Notes under the pieces: model-generated
Told to the model about the DNA's origin: nothing
What the model saw: the letters and a program-made list of their open reading frames with translations, nothing else
Databases searched by the model: none
Program-made: the position numbers and the translations under genes
Assembly (NCBI GenBank): GCA_043228905.1
Contig: JBHGNT010000004.1
Span: 13,826,001 to 13,890,000, forward strand
Reading direction: 5' to 3'
DNA: 64,000 nt
Origin: Azolla caroliniana
Taxonomy: Eukaryota; Plantae; Polypodiophyta
Shown here: piece after piece, positions 47,013-64,000 of the stretch
Layout: each line of letters starts with the position of its first letter
Position numbering within the stretch: the stretch's first letter is position 1

Positions 47013-47437
47013 TGTTACCGGCCGGCAAGGAGTCCAAAATACGGAGTGAAGGAATTAATTAGATATGGTTGTAAATGAGCATAGTGTGGACGGACGGACT
47101 GGAAACGGTATGCCGTTCCAGATCCGGACGGATCCCGAATAGGTGCGAGAGGCACCGTTTTGTACTACGGGCCGGAAACCTATTTAAAGGCCCGGACCCT
47201 ATTGTAATGACAGCGGATAATTAATAGAGATTCTGATGTTTATACTTCTGTCTTGATTTCCGTTCTGTAATTACTGTTATATCTTACGCGTGTAATTAAC
47301 CAAAGCAATCTAATCGTGAAACCTACGTAAGTCGGTGTAATCGTTGAATCTTAATCCTATGCCGTAATCACCCTTTGGTGAAGTGTCTCCGTGACACCTT
47401 GTGTTAGGCCTTGTCCGGCTAAGCGAATAACAACGAG

Positions 47438-48490
47438 AACCACTCCTTATGGCTCGTCATGTGGTTTAACGCGCCGGAGTCTACGTACCACACCTGGTCC
47501 GATCTCGGCGTGGTCTGCTTCATTGAGTTTGCTTCGTGTCTCGTCACGAAGGCAGTCCCTTCTCCGGCTCTCCCGGAGTCTTCGGCGTAGTGCGATCGCT
47601 GCCGATTTCCCTTGTGGGTATGTTTGGAGCCGTTTCCGGAACCGGTTCTCTCCAAATCGGCGCGCTTCTTCCAGCACTCACTTTCCCTGTGGCCTTTCTT
47701 GCCACAATACCAGCACTCCGCGATGGCCTTCCCTTGCCGGTTCTCATCGCTTCGACTCCCCCTGTTTCCGGAGGGTCCGGAGTTGCTGTCAGCATCACAT
47801 CGGTGCCTTCTTCCTTGATCTCGTCGGCCGCTTCCATTGCGTACCGACTCGCCTTGTCCGCCACGACCACAGGGCCTTTCTCCCTCCGTGTACAACATCT
47901 TGTTGTCGGTGTGCGTGCTTGTCGACGCACCCGCGTGGTTCTCCTCTACCAGGAGCATCGACTGTAAGTCGAAAAAGGACGGCGTATTCTCCCGGGTACA
48001 CACAGCCGTTCGGAACGCTCCGAACTTCGACGCCAAACCTCTGAGACAGATCTGGACCATCTCGCTCTCCTCGATGTTCACCTCTATGGAGGCGAGGGAG
48101 TCGCAGATATCCTTGATCTTCGAGGTATAGTCCGCCACCGACAAGTCGCGTTGTCGTAGGTTGCTCAACTCCTGTCAGAGCTGAAGCTTCCTGGCTGTGG
48201 TGCTTGCGGCGAAAATCTTCTTCAGATTTTCCCACGCACCCTTCGGCGTCTTTGCATCCCGAACATAGCTCAATAGTTGTTCGCCCACACACGACGTGAA
48301 GCAGTATAGTACGATGCTCGCTGATTTCTCCCACGACGAGAAGTCTCTGTGTGTTGATTCGGGTGCCACGTCATTAGCTCCTTCGACATAACTTCAGTAG
48401 CCATGCCCGAGCAGGTACTGGTGCATCTTGTAGGACCAAGACGCGTAGTTGGTTCTGTCGAGCTTCTCTGTTGGAAGCGAGCTCGCCATG
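47438..48490 (-). pseudogene. Copia gag and start of protease
   Basis: CWYCGKKGHRESEC zinc knuckle and WYVDSGALNHM. Stops in the N-terminal part. Confidence 0.92.
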
Positions 48491-49341
48491 CCTCTATCCA
48501 TCGTTCTTCTTGTTCTTCTTCGTCAAGTTGTGTCGGCTACAGAGAGGTTCTCAACCCTCGCGCTCTGATACCATGTAGAAAGTAGCGTGCGGAAGCAGGT
48601 ATGAAGACAGAACAGAGGAAGGAAACACAGTTTTAATTGAGAGCTTGAGCTTACACGGTATACGCAGGAGAGACAGAGAGAGAAACACAAAAAACTATAT
48701 TTCACAAAAATACTCAATCTCTGTACATAAGACGTGCTCAGTGAACACTTTTATACAATCCCTAGAAGGACTGACCGAAGTACTGACAGTACTTCAATGC
48801 TCATCAAGAGCCCCTACACTAACTCCCAAATATATTCCTCACGGAATATCTTTCCTAACGACCTCCCGGTTTACGCACTAGGCCTAACCGATCGGTCCCA
48901 ACCGATCCGGTCCTCGGCTTCTTCAGCCGATCCGGCCAATGTTGAGCTTGTCTCTCAACAATACGTAAGGACTTGAAGACAGATGCTTTCACCCAAGCCA
49001 TTCTAGCACAAATTGATCCCTCTTGAGCATCTTGTTCACAGTCGCAACAACCAAGTATGGACTATCAACAATTGGAATGTCATGATGGATTACTATTCTT
49101 TAAGAAACTCTTGTATGTTCCTAATGGTTCTTCTCTCCTTCATGTAGTCCAAAACTGTCATGACACATATACAGCTGGGCATTTTGGTAGTACTAAAACA
49201 TTAGATTTAGTACAACGATCATTCTGGTGGCCCCATATGCGACAATTTGTTGAAGATTTTTTTTGGACTTGTGATACATGTTGTAGAGAGAAAATGCCAA
49301 GGCATCATCCATATCGAATCCCTTAGAGACCAGGACGCGGT

Positions 49342-52300
49342 TATCGAAAGCTAGCTTGCCAGGACGCGGTGCTAGATACGAGTGCCGTGATAATGCATCT
49401 ACCTTCCCTAGTTGCTTCCCCGAACAATATGTAATTTTGAAGTCGAAACGAGTGAGGAATTGGGCCCACCGAGCTTGACGTTGATTTAACACACGAGCAT
49501 TCTAAAAGTAGGCAAGGTTTTTGTGATCACTGAATACGGTGACTTGATGAGAAGATCCCTCTAGAAAATGCCTCCATTGCGTAAAAGAGTCCACTATTGC
49601 TAATAGCTCCTTATCATGAATTTCATAGTTTATTTCAGCGGCGTCAAACTTGCATGAGTGGAAAGCCACAGGATGTAGCTTTTCATCATCGCCTTGATGA
49701 ACGGTTTTTCCAAATCAACATGAGCTAGAATAGGAGTTGATGTAAATGCCTTCTTAAAAGTCTCAAAAGCTATGTCTGCTTCTTCACACCAAACGAACAA
49801 TTGTCCCTTCCTGGTAAGCTGTGTGAGAGGGAGAACAAGCTTTGAGTAATCATGTATAAACTTGCAGTAGAAATTGGCAAAGCCTAAAAAGCATTGCACA
49901 TCTCGCAACGAACGCGGTGGAGACTGCCACTCTACCACCGTTTTGACCTTAGTTGGATCCATGGAAATGCCTTCCGAGGAAATGACATAGCCTAGAAATT
50001 CTACCTGGTTGCACTCGAAACTACATTTTTCTAGCTTTGCATAAAGATCATGTTCTCGAAGTCGTTTTAGTACTAACAGTACATGAGAATCATGCTCTTC
50101 TTGGGTCTTTGAATAAACCAGTAGATCATCCAAATAGATGATCAAACAAACATCCAAGGGATCTCGGAATATATCATTTGCCATGTGTTGAAAGACTGTT
50201 GGCGAATTCGTGAGGCCGAATGGCATGACCGTATACTTAAAGTGCCCATAGCTGGTGCAAAACGCGGTCTTCAATTCATCTCCTGGTCGAATCTGTACGA
50301 GGTTATATGCTCTGCTTAAGTTGATCTCTGTGAAGAACCTTGCACCATTGATCCGTTCTAAAAGACTTGAGATAAGGGGAAGTGCATATCTATTCCTAAT
50401 GGTGACCTTATTCAAGCCACGGTAATCTACGATGAGACAAAGTGATGCATCTTTTTTCTTGACGAAGAAATGGGTGCGTCGGTTGGACATTTCGAATATC
50501 GAATGAAACCATTTGCCAAATTCTCCTCTATATAGGCTCGAAGGACTTCTAGCTCGGTTGGTGACAAATTGTAGATCAGTCCCCATGCTGGCTCTTCTCC
50601 CGGTTGTAAATCGATGGGGCAATCATACAGTCGATGGTGAGGAATCGTATTGGCTTGTACTTTATCAAACACATCGGCATAATGACGATACTTCTCTGGA
50701 AGTGGAAGGGTGGACTCCTCTTTAGTGGTGTTGGATGGTTTTACTGATACTGCGAAGAGAAACATTTCTTCCTTGCGTCCTTCCTCACGCAACTAATGTA
50801 GCGAAATGGTTGCAATCTTATCAATAGATCCTCGGGTTTGTCGATACCGGATTTCTCTTGTTCTCCAATCTATGTCTGGGTTATGTAATTCAAACCATGG
50901 TAATCCCAAAACAATGGGATGTTTTGGGATACTAATTACATTAAATGATACTATACACACTAAATTATCTAGGACAATATTAACGGGCTCTAACTCTTCT
51001 ATGATATTTCCGGAAGCAATGGGACGACCATCAATGACTACTATAGAGGCTGGACACGGGAGTTTTCTTAGGGATATCTGATGAGCTTGGGTAAAATTCC
51101 TATCCATGAAGCAAGAATTAGCTCCGGAATCTAGGAGTGTTGAGACATGTACTAGAGAGGTACTTTTAGTACTAACTATTACTTGGGGTAAGAACACATT
51201 GCTAACTTGCTTAGAGGGAATGGAACCACTAATGGGCTGCACAGATTTAGGGTTGTCCAACCAAACAATTCCTATTTTGGCTGGACTTAGTCGTTTAACT
51301 CTTCTTCTAACTGACTAAGGACATCAAATTTGTTCGATAGATTTGGGCTATTAGTACTATTAGGACTATTAGATATTCCTGTACAATTAGAACTAACAAC
51401 TATTTGGTTTACCTGTCTTCTTGGCCTATGGGGACAGTTCACTGCAATATGCCCTGGTCCACCGCAATAAAGACATAGTCGATTTGCTCGGCGTCGCTGC
51501 TTTTCTTCTTCCAGTAATGGTTCGCGACAACGTGTAGTGTCAATTTCCATCGGAGTTGGAGTATTCACTGGAGACGCATTATAGGACTCACTTGGAAAAG
51601 GTTTTGCTACCACTGAGGCGTAAGTGGGCTCTGATCTTGCCCTTGGCATCTGGAACTAATGTTCCGAACATCGTTCGAAAAGACGATTGTCGCATCTTAC
51701 CGCGCGACTGATTGCTTCTGTCAATGACTGTGATTCTTCGAGGAAGTTCAAGAGTAAATCCTTGACATCGTTACATAGACCATAACGAAATTGCTCCATT
51801 AGTGCTTGGTCATCCCAAGGGATATCGGAGGCGAGTAGGCGGAAATCTACAGCGTATGCAAAGGCTGGACGATCACCTTGACGTAATCGTCGGATTTTGT
51901 TGATTGTTATCCTTATGCTGTCAGTATCTCTAAAACATGCTTTAAACAGACTTAAAAACTCCTCAAAATTGTTTAATAAAGGAGATTCCTTTTCTAACAA
52001 CGGAGTGAACCATGCCAAAGCTGAGCCACTTAACAACGTGCCTACTAAACCCACTCATGATGCATCGGTAGGATATCGGGACGGATGCATTTGAATGACT
52101 AATCGTACTTGATTAAGGAATCCTCCAAATCGCGATCACGTTCCATCGAATTTCATGGGAAGGCCGATCTTGGGTTCTTTATGAATCCCTTGCGTACTGG
52201 GTCCTTATTGTTGCATCTCTACTATGATTGCTTCGAGCTATTGCATGCATAACGCTAGTTCCCCATGTTGTTGTTGCGCCTGCTGCTTCTCTAAGGAGAT

Positions 52301-52417
52301 TTGTTGCATCTCCCCCAACCGTCGTTGATTTTCTTGTTCCAATGCGAGAAACTTCTCTTTCAAGCATTGCAACTCCGAGAAAACGGATTAATATTCTTGA
52401 GCGCTAACAGTGGCCAT
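49342..52417 (-). pseudogene. Chromovirus gag, protease, RT, RNase H
   Basis: Gag LRQG and CLYCGGPGHIAVNC, PR LLDSGA, RT MPFGLTN/YLDDLL. Pol is in the -1 frame relative to the gag end. Confidence 0.92.
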
Positions 52418-54099
52418 AGTATAAGAGAAAAGAGGAATAAGAGATTAGTATGAAGGGAGCGAGAAGTAAGAAGAGAAGGAAGAGAAGGAAGGAGACCGGA
52501 AAATCGGTTCAAACTATGAGGAACAGTACTAAGACAGAGAAGGAATTAGTACTAAAAGATGAGGATTAGTACTAAGGGAGGTGTAGAACTATCGAGAGAA
52601 GGAAAGAGTGAGAGAGAGAGAGAGAGAGAGAATGATGATAACAAAAGATATATATTATGTTAAGAGAATATACAATAGTAGCTAGGAGTCTTAAGACTGC
52701 CGTTGAACCGATTTGGTTCGACATAATGCATTGTGCCTCCTTTTATAGTGTTCTCAGGAGTACTCCTGAAGTTTCTAGAATGTTCCAAAGAAATCTAGAA
52801 TATCAATTTTCTATAGTAAAACTTAAATGAAAATAATATCAATTGTAACATAAGGCCATGGGTTCGAGTCTTGCCATATCATGACATGGTGTCTCTTCCC
52901 TTGTGCGTTCACGTCCCCTTCTTGTTGTGCGCTCGGTTGTCTTGTGTTTCGGGCATGCCCATGCACCTCTCCTCCTCATAAAGGGGTAGGAGCATTCGTG
53001 AATGTGTGCTCATCTTTACTTGTGTCCCCGTCCGTTCACTCGTGCGAGGAGCTTGGAAGCTCGACGAGTCATGGTCAACGAAAGCCACCGGCTCCACAAA
53101 GGAGGAATGAGCCCTTGCTCAAGAAGTAGTCTTCGTCGACAAGCAAACCTCAAGTCTTGTCCATCCCTTCGTACTCCTTAGTCCGAGATCCCCCCACGTT
53201 CCCGCCCAAGTAACACACAGGCGCAGAACTTCACGACAACGGGCATGCCATGTGTTGGTTGGTCGACTAGCAAAGTACATGGGTCGACAAGTTAGTCATA
53301 GTTTACTCATAGTAAAAGTATAGCCATAGTCGAAGTATAGTTGTAGTGGAAGTCATAGTCAAATGTAATATGTTTGTAACAGACACGTGTGGAATCAGAC
53401 AAGGTAAAAGTAATGGTCGAAATACATTATTAGGCCAAGTATAAAAAATATTAGGACATTTTGTTAAGTTGTAACCGAAGAGTTCTTTCATAATAAGGTA
53501 GTTGTACAATTCTTGAAAAGACTCTCAGGCCACCTATAAGAAGGGGCCAAGAGCACCGTATAATGATCAATTTGTAGTGTGTAGTTCAATATAATTTTGA
53601 GTTATATTATATATTGTGTGAAGCTGTTATAATTTCTGTACTCTTAACTATTATTCAGTATTTTGTGCTAACTGCTAATCCGAATTTCCTCTTACTCGTG
53701 ATTTATACAGTCGATCAGAGTTAGTAATTGTAACAGAGTGAGTTAATCAGGTTACTAATTAAGTATATGTGTAGAGTGCTTAAGTAATTGATAATTAGAG
53801 TCGACCGACTCCATCTCCTACCACAGTCTGTTGATAGAACGACTCTGAGTAGTCGTTCTACCTTGTGTGTAATCGACACTAGGGAATAGGACGAAAGGGG
53901 ACAACATTACCTTTTAGTGGAGCGGACTAGTCCCTTAAGAGGTTGTAAAGATTTAAAGCTAAGAGCACAAGAGTACTTCATCTCAAGGAACGAGTTGATG
54001 AGATTCATGGATGAATGGAGGAATTTGACTCTTGAGACTTTGGGAAACTCAAGAATTATATTTCTAAGAATAGAGAATTAATATTGCAAATGTCTAACA

Positions 54100-54900
54100 T
54101 GTTTCATTTTCATAGGTTGCACGGGTTACGGCCCACACATGAAAAACCTGGTGAAGAACGTTGGCTAATTGTTGACTAAGCAAGGCACCCATCCACCTTC
54201 CACCACATTGTTAACCATTGGCCAAGATGTCATGGTGTACATGGACACCACCTCATACTTGACAAAGCTATTTATAGCACAAAGAACTCATTGTGTCATA
54301 ATCTATGAAAATGACATCCTAGAGGCAAACCACCAATTCACATTATTCATGATCTTCCCTCGAATATCTATTGACAAATTCCCCATTGCCAATAGTCTCG
54401 TCGTTGAAACCCTCCCCTCGTTATTCCTCACTAGCATGATATTGCTACATACAATTGTCACCCCCACCATGGATCTCTCACATCTTGTATTCCTTGCCTA
54501 CTCAGGGAACCTACCATGCCGTCTAGTTAAGGAGAACTCAACATCCTCATTGTTCTCAATAAGCTCCACATCTTGGCTTTCAATTTCGTGGTCTGTCAGC
54601 ACACCCATTGCTTCTTAGAGATGGTCTAGTGATGTCCTGGACACCCTCTCCGACCACCAAATGTCCAACGACCACGGTGCCTCCCATTCTTCAAAAATCC
54701 AAGGCTCATCCAACTATTTCAACAATGGTTATGACAAACTTCGTTGACAAATATCTTGATATCCTTAGATCCCGACATCCAAACAACCATCTGCATTTTG
54801 TAGCTTCTCTTGATCCTCCTTTAAGCAACCCCCTCCCAAAGCACCCTAGTTCCACCATTATGACCACCCAACCTAGGTCTCATGTTCGATCTCAATAAGG
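54100..54900 (-). mobile_element. Highly degraded retroelement gag/protease relic
   Basis: Only faint protease-like and zinc-knuckle-like peptides, no termini. Confidence 0.25.
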
Positions 54901-55789
54901 TCCCAACCCCTCGCCGACTAGTTGATGTGGTCATCATTCTTAACAACACATTCTCAGCACACATTTCTCCATTATGATGATCATCACAATTAACTTAATC
55001 ATGGCTATCATAATAACCATACTTAGCATCATACACCAACAAGACCTTGTCATGTGTGTATATCATCGATGTCACCAACACATCCTTTTCTCAAGAAATC
55101 AATGACAAACATAAACATAAGCTGTACCGCACTCTTTGCTGGCGCATAAAACCAACAAAAACATCTCATGCATGGCACATTATAGAGAAAAACATTAAAT
55201 GTAGATTCTCTATCAATGAATAGGTTTCTTCATAAAACAAAGGGGATGGTTGCTTTTCTAGCCACTTTGGACCAATTCGATTTAACCAAATTGTTAAGGT
55301 TTCTGGTTGTTAAGATTGCTGGAGAAATGGCCAAGTGGAGGGGCAGTGATTTTTATAAACTCTTTAGAGTCCATCTCATGAAGTAACAGGTGCAGAATGT
55401 GTATGGAGTTCCGATAGCTAGAATCTGTCTATGGTACCTGAAAGCCATGATAAGATAGCACGCATTCACAGAAACTAACAGCAGGGAGCAATTCTAACAA
55501 GGCACCAAAACTTTCATTATTCTTCCCATAAAATGAAACATGGATGATGTAAACTATGTATATATGTAGTGGGGTGGGTGGGTAAACGGACATAGTTTGA
55601 TTACAAAATAAATATCAATGATCATGAACATAGATGGGGGGGGGGGGGGGGTTTACATATATGTATGGTATACGCTCCTGTATTTTGAATCTTAAATGTT
55701 TTAGTGTTGATGTACGAAGAAAGGCATTGTTTTTCATTGAAAGATCCATGGAATAATCCTTTCTTCTTCTTTCTTAAGAGGTCAGTCAT

Positions 55790-61417
<5,628 letters not shown>

Positions 61418-61517
61418 TAGCCCGTCAGTTGTGAAGAGGGAAGAGAATATATGTACGTATAGGAGGTTGTTATGTACGTACGTACTCAGTGTGTAGAAGA
61501 GGCACACACAAAACACA

Positions 61518-61520
<3 letters not shown>

Positions 61521-61589
<69 letters not shown>

Positions 61590-61996
61590 TGCGCTCGCAC
61601 GAGTACAGAGCCGCAAGAAGAGGAGATATATATATATATATGTATGTATATAATAAGAGAGTAGGACTAATGATAATGCTGCTGCTTCTGAAACAACAAC
61701 GGCAACATGTTACATGATGATGATGATGATGATGATGATATTTATGAAAGAGAAGAAGGGGAAGGGAAGGGAAGGGAAGGATAGATACTACGTACGTATT
61801 CTATGTATGTATGTATGTATGTATGTGTCTGTGTCTGTGTATGTGTTGAGAAGAGAAGAGGAAGAAGGAATGGCGATGGCTATCTACCTCCCTCTCTCTC
61901 TGTCTCTCTCTCTCTCTCTCTTACAGAATGAGAACACACACACACACTCCTTGTCTGCCTGTCTGTTGGCGTGTGTGTATGTTTATATGATGGTGT

Positions 61997-62030
<34 letters not shown>

Positions 62031-62322
62031 GAGAATACAAAGGTGGTGGGTGGGAGGGAGTGGTGTTTGTTAGAAAGAAAAGGGAGGGAGGGAGATTCAC
62101 ACATTATAACTCACACTCCACCCCCTTCTTCTTAATTCATTACTACTACAAGTCTACGCGTCTCTCTCTCTCACACACACACACACTCTCTCTCTCTCTC
62201 TCTCTCTCTTTTATTATAATTTATATACATACATAATACCTTTAGTGGAGTAGAGAGAGTGCGTTGGGTGGGGGGAGGAGGGTGTTGCATAATACATATC
62301 CCATGGACCCATTCCCATCCAC

Positions 62323-62353
<31 letters not shown>

Positions 62354-62400
62354 CTGCCTTTTTTTGGCTTGGCCATGGCCATGGCCATGGCCAATGCCCC
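61521..62400. repeat. Microsatellite cluster upstream of the GH1 gene
   Basis: (GA)n(GT)n at 61521-61585, plus (ATG)n, (TATG)n, (CT)n, (CA)n, (AT)n and (TGGCCA)4. Confidence 0.9.
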
Positions 62401-62962
62401 TCTTTCGGATTTCCTCCTCCTGTCTCCCTCCTCTTTGGTGAAACCACACAATTATAATAATTCTTAATAAATGCATCCAGACCAGCCCTATGGTCCCACA
62501 ACTTCACTTATTATTGCTACCCGTCCTATCACCGCTATGTTATTTACCTACGTACACTTGTTGGTAAAGTAGCGTGTGTACATGACAACAAAATCCTCCA
62601 CCGAGGAAAAAAAAAGAACTTCGACTTGTATCAATAAAAAAATCTTCACATCAGTACACCCTTCAATAACTTTTGCAAATGTGTTGCTTTAACTCCATCC
62701 ATGATTTATTTACCATCAAATACAGAAGCCAATTATAACTATTTCCCCAATATCTCACAAAGATGAAAAAGATTGTTATCTCTTATCTGAAGTCGAGCAT
62801 TGTGAATTGTACAAACACCTATTCTCACGCCATCAAATAACCATGTGACTAAACTTGCCAATTGTGGCACTTTCATGATGATGTGGGGAGTGCACATGAG
62901 GAAACAAGTTAACTTAGATATTTGTGTACGATTGAAGGATAGGTCAAGGGTATAAATAAGAT

Positions 62963-63036
62963 GAAGTTAGATTTAGCACAATTGGTAAGAGTTTGCATTA
63001 TGAGTAGGAGGTCAAGGGTTTGAGTCCTTGGCCTTC
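62963..63036 (+). repeat. tRNA-derived (SINE-head-like) relic
   Basis: A-box TAGCACAATTGGT and B-box GGTTTGAGTCC at tRNA-like spacing, but no convincing cloverleaf. Confidence 0.4.
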
Positions 63037-63094
63037 AAATTTGGAGGACCCCTCTTTTCTTCGCCTTTGACATAATAGGAGCCACCTTGAGAGT

Positions 63095-64000
63095 TGTTGA
63101 GATACAACCTCAACATTGGCTAGATCGGTTGTGCAAGCCAAGAACCGGATCGGTTAGGCTGGATCGGTGTGCAAACCAGTGCGAAAACCGGGAGGCCGTT
63201 AAACAGATATTCCGCGAGGGAATATATTTGGGAGTTAGTGATGAGCATTGAAGTACGTGTCAATACTTCTATCAGTCTGTATGGACTTGTATAAAAGTGC
63301 TCTCTGAGCACATCCTATGTACAGAGTTTTACACATTATTTTGAATTCAGTTTTTTCTGTGTGTTAATTCCCTCTCTGTCTCTCCCTCATACATTGTGTC
63401 TTAAGCTCTCCATTAAACCTGTTTTTTCTCCTGTTGGTATTATGTGTGTCATATAGCTTCCGCACGTCACGTTTTACATGATATCAGAGCGCGAGGGTTG
63501 AGAACCTTTGCAGTCGACTTTAGCTCGAAACACACACACAAAAAAAACCTAATCTCGGTGAAGAACAGAAAGGAAAAAATGGATAGAGGTATGGCTAGTT
63601 CGCTTCCAACTGAGAAGCTCGACATAAGTAACTACGCATATTGGTCGTACAAGATGCACCAGTACTTGCTTGGACATGGATATTGGAGCTTTGTCGATGG
63701 AGCGAATGATGCAGCACCCGAATCGACACATTGAGACTTCTCGGCCTAGGAACAATCGGCGAGCAGAGTTCTCTACTGCTTCGCGTCCTGTGTGAGTGAA
63801 CAACTCTTGAGCTACATTCGGGATGCAGGAACACCAAAGGATGCTTGGGAAATCTGAAAAAGATTTTTGCCGCAAGCATCACAACTAGGAAGCTTCAACT
63901 CCGATAGGAGTTGAGCAATGTGCGTCAACGCGACATGACAGTGGCTGACTACACCTCCAAGATAAAGGACATCTGCGACTCCCTAGCCTCCATCGATGTG
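63095..64000 (+). mobile_element. Ty1/copia 5' end: LTR 63095-63478, mutated PBS-Met, gag pseudogene from 63579
   Basis: TGTTGAG..TACA LTR, PBS TGATATCAGAGC, gag MDRGMASSLPTEKLD with stops. Same family as the other two copias. Confidence 0.9.

Larger units (their letters stand above)
33960..47432 (+). mobile_element. Element B: Athila-like gypsy of the same family as A, young
   Basis: 420-bp LTRs at 33960-34379 and 47013-47432 (about 4 differences). TSD ACGCG/ACGAG (1 mismatch). PBS TGGCGACCAC at 34386-34395. Confidence 0.95.
7872..48960 (-). mobile_element. Ty1/copia element split by four insertions
   Basis: 387-bp LTRs at 48574-48960 and 7872-8258 (about 9 substitutions by eye). TSD ATACG. 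PBS-Met at 48562-48573 and PPT CTTGAGGGGGAG at 8259-8270. Body pieces: 47438-48573, 33730-33954, 29897-29946, 18591-21402, 8259-8691. Confidence 0.95.
6037..52886 (-). mobile_element. Degenerate chromovirus (Ty3/gypsy, Tcn1/sushi-like)
   Basis: LTRs 52515-52886 (5') and 6037-6487 (3'). TSD TGGTG at 6032-6036 and 52887-52891. PPT AAAGGGGGGATAG next to the 3' LTR. Domain order gag-PR-RT-RH-INT-chromodomain. Confidence 0.92.
5001..53215. mobile_element. Solo LTR (~1.36 kb: 5001-6036 plus 52892-53215), split by the chromovirus
   Basis: TGTTG...TAACA ends, TSD CACAG at 4996-5000 and 53216-53220, CTATAAAAGG TATA-like motif near 5190. Confidence 0.8.
1753..53906 (+). mobile_element. Element D: old Athila-like gypsy relic (ORF2 tail plus 3' LTR), outermost layer of the nest
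   Basis: Pieces at 1753-2028, 4539-5000 and 53221-53906. They translate to QLTLELESYEK (cf. QIQFESYER in B ORF2) and an acidic tail KLLDILMED (cf. SILDILDEE in A). Same pre-LTR motif as A and B. LTR TGTTG..CAACA at 53253-53906. Confidence 0.6.

Noticed and set aside
62963-63036. Functional tRNA gene
   Set aside because: B-box mutated and stems poor.

Overview
Eukaryotic DNA from a land plant, probably a non-seed plant (inferred from the retroelement lineages). Bases ~1-54,900 are a six-level nest of LTR retrotransposons resolved by target-site duplications (TSDs): old Athila-like relic D (~1753-53906) > solo LTR (5001-53215, TSD CACAG) > chromovirus (6037-52886, TSD TGGTG) > copia (7872-48960, TSD ATACG) > three Athila-like gypsy elements A, B, C and a gag-only element E1, with a second gag-only copy E2 inside B. 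One intact host gene follows: a 13-exon GH1 beta-glucosidase (55790-61417, minus strand). A copia 5' end closes the window. Main finding: the Athila-like family has no polypurine tract. In its place is a tRNA-Arg 3'-half mimic ending GGGCGTGCCA exactly 2 nt before the 3' LTR, conserved with a co-varying hairpin in three diverged elements. This suggests tRNA-type priming of plus-strand DNA. Other findings: a self-priming PBS in the chromovirus, a circularly permuted 2.5-kb insert, gag-only elements with Pol III boxes and discordant LTRs, and an inversion with templated filler. All alignments were by eye, and tRNA and clade identities are from recall and need database checks.
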